IMG/VR virus record: IMGVR_UViG_3300048503_000017
Direction: 5' to 3' (one strand)
Origin: an uncultured virus (IMG/VR IMGVR_UViG_3300048503_000017)
Lineage: Duplodnaviria; Heunggongvirae; Uroviricota; Caudoviricetes
DNA length: 30,670 nucleotides
Shown here: in pieces, positions 30,130 to 30,670 of the stretch
Layout of the letters: each line of letters opens with the position of its first letter
How positions within the stretch are numbered: the stretch's first letter is position 1
Translations under genes and position numbers: made by a program
Notes under the pieces: model-generated
Databases searched by the model: none
What the model saw: only the letters and a program-made list of their open reading frames with translations
Told to the model about the DNA's origin: nothing

Positions 30130-30438
30130 CTACTGTATGACGTGCTGCCGCTTGCCGTTCTGCTCGATCACCGTATCTCTGTTGAGGTAGCCGATTATGC
30201 TGCTCTCTGAGAGTGGAGCCGTCGCCCTGGTGTGAAACTCTCCATAGCTCAGCGCGAACCCTGGCAGGGCGCGTACTGCGTTGTAGGCCGTCGCTACCAG
30301 ACAATCAACCACATACAGATAGTCGCTCATGCCGCCGCGCTGCGCGTGGTCAAGCTCCTGAATACCGTTCGTGCGGATCGTGCCGGAAACTTCCGCGATG
30401 ACTCGATCAATGATCTTTGATGCTTCCAAATGGTTCAT
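30130..30438 (-). CDS. Hypothetical protein
   Basis: Start at ATG 30438 (GGAGG SD). Confidence 0.65.
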   Translation of the reverse strand: MNHLEASKIIDRVIAEVSGTIRTNGIQELDHAQRGGMSDYLYVVDCLVATAYNAVRALPGFALSYGEFHTRATAPLSESSIIGYLNRDTVIEQNGKRQHVIQ

Positions 30439-30442
30439 GGTT

Positions 30443-30658
30443 CTACCCTCCAAACAGCGTCGGGTTAACCTTGCCGAAGAACAGAGGAGAATCATTCTCC
30501 ATGCTCCCGGCTCGGTGGTTGATGTCGGCGAGGGGCTTTAGCATCTCTGCGGTTAGCTCCTCGGCTTGCATTGCGGCTGCGGCCTGGGACTGCAACTCAA
30601 CTGCGGTCTCCATGCCGGCGAAGGTGTGAGACTCTACCGGCTTAACCATGCGCTTCAT
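30443..30658 (-). CDS. Hypothetical protein (71 aa)
   Basis: GAGGTG SD. Confidence 0.65.
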   Translation of the reverse strand: MKRMVKPVESHTFAGMETAVELQSQAAAAMQAEELTAEMLKPLADINHRAGSMENDSPLFFGKVNPTLFGG

Positions 30659-30670
30659 GGTTCACCTCTT

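Noticed and set aside
1..30670. Genome-wide stop-codon reassignment (TGA or TAG), suggested by in-frame stops at 7688 and 14479
   Set aside because: Long genes are intact in code 11, and both TGA (capsid, TerL) and TAG (scaffold, 8714 gene) end genes at sensible positions.

Overview
This window is part of a tailed dsDNA phage genome, probably podovirus-like, with almost all genes on the minus strand. In transcription order (right to left) it holds: terminator-punctuated early-type small genes; a G/C-run-rich non-coding segment (~29.4-29.8 kb); small accessory genes including DUF2188 and a peptide deformylase; a probable TerS, a SprT-like protein, TerL and portal; then scaffold, major capsid protein and putative decoration proteins. 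Next come a cluster of Lys/Arg-rich microproteins and three related head-tail adaptor-like genes, with an HNH-AP2 endonuclease among them. An accessory block follows (truncated replication-initiator-like gene, YkgJ-like Fe-S protein, Gp37Gp68/DUF5131, J-domain protein, glycosyltransferase fragment), then a 1118-aa tail nozzle-like protein and the 5' end of a polynucleotide kinase. The features the ORF track does not show are mostly regulatory: (i) a 13-19 bp palindrome TCCAAA-N-TTTGGA at seven gene junctions, often overlapping the Shine-Dalgarno; (ii) a second motif, TGCCTACAT, at five gene or transcript starts, together with several leaderless genes; (iii) a candidate ~95-nt sRNA with anti-SD tracts, divergent from the rep-like gene; (iv) a multi-stem RNA leader that sequesters the capsid gene RBS; and (v) six basic microproteins with similar C-terminal tails, one interrupted by an in-frame TGA. 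All functional calls come from recognising motifs by eye; no database searches were run. No rRNA, tRNA, CRISPR array or integrase was seen.
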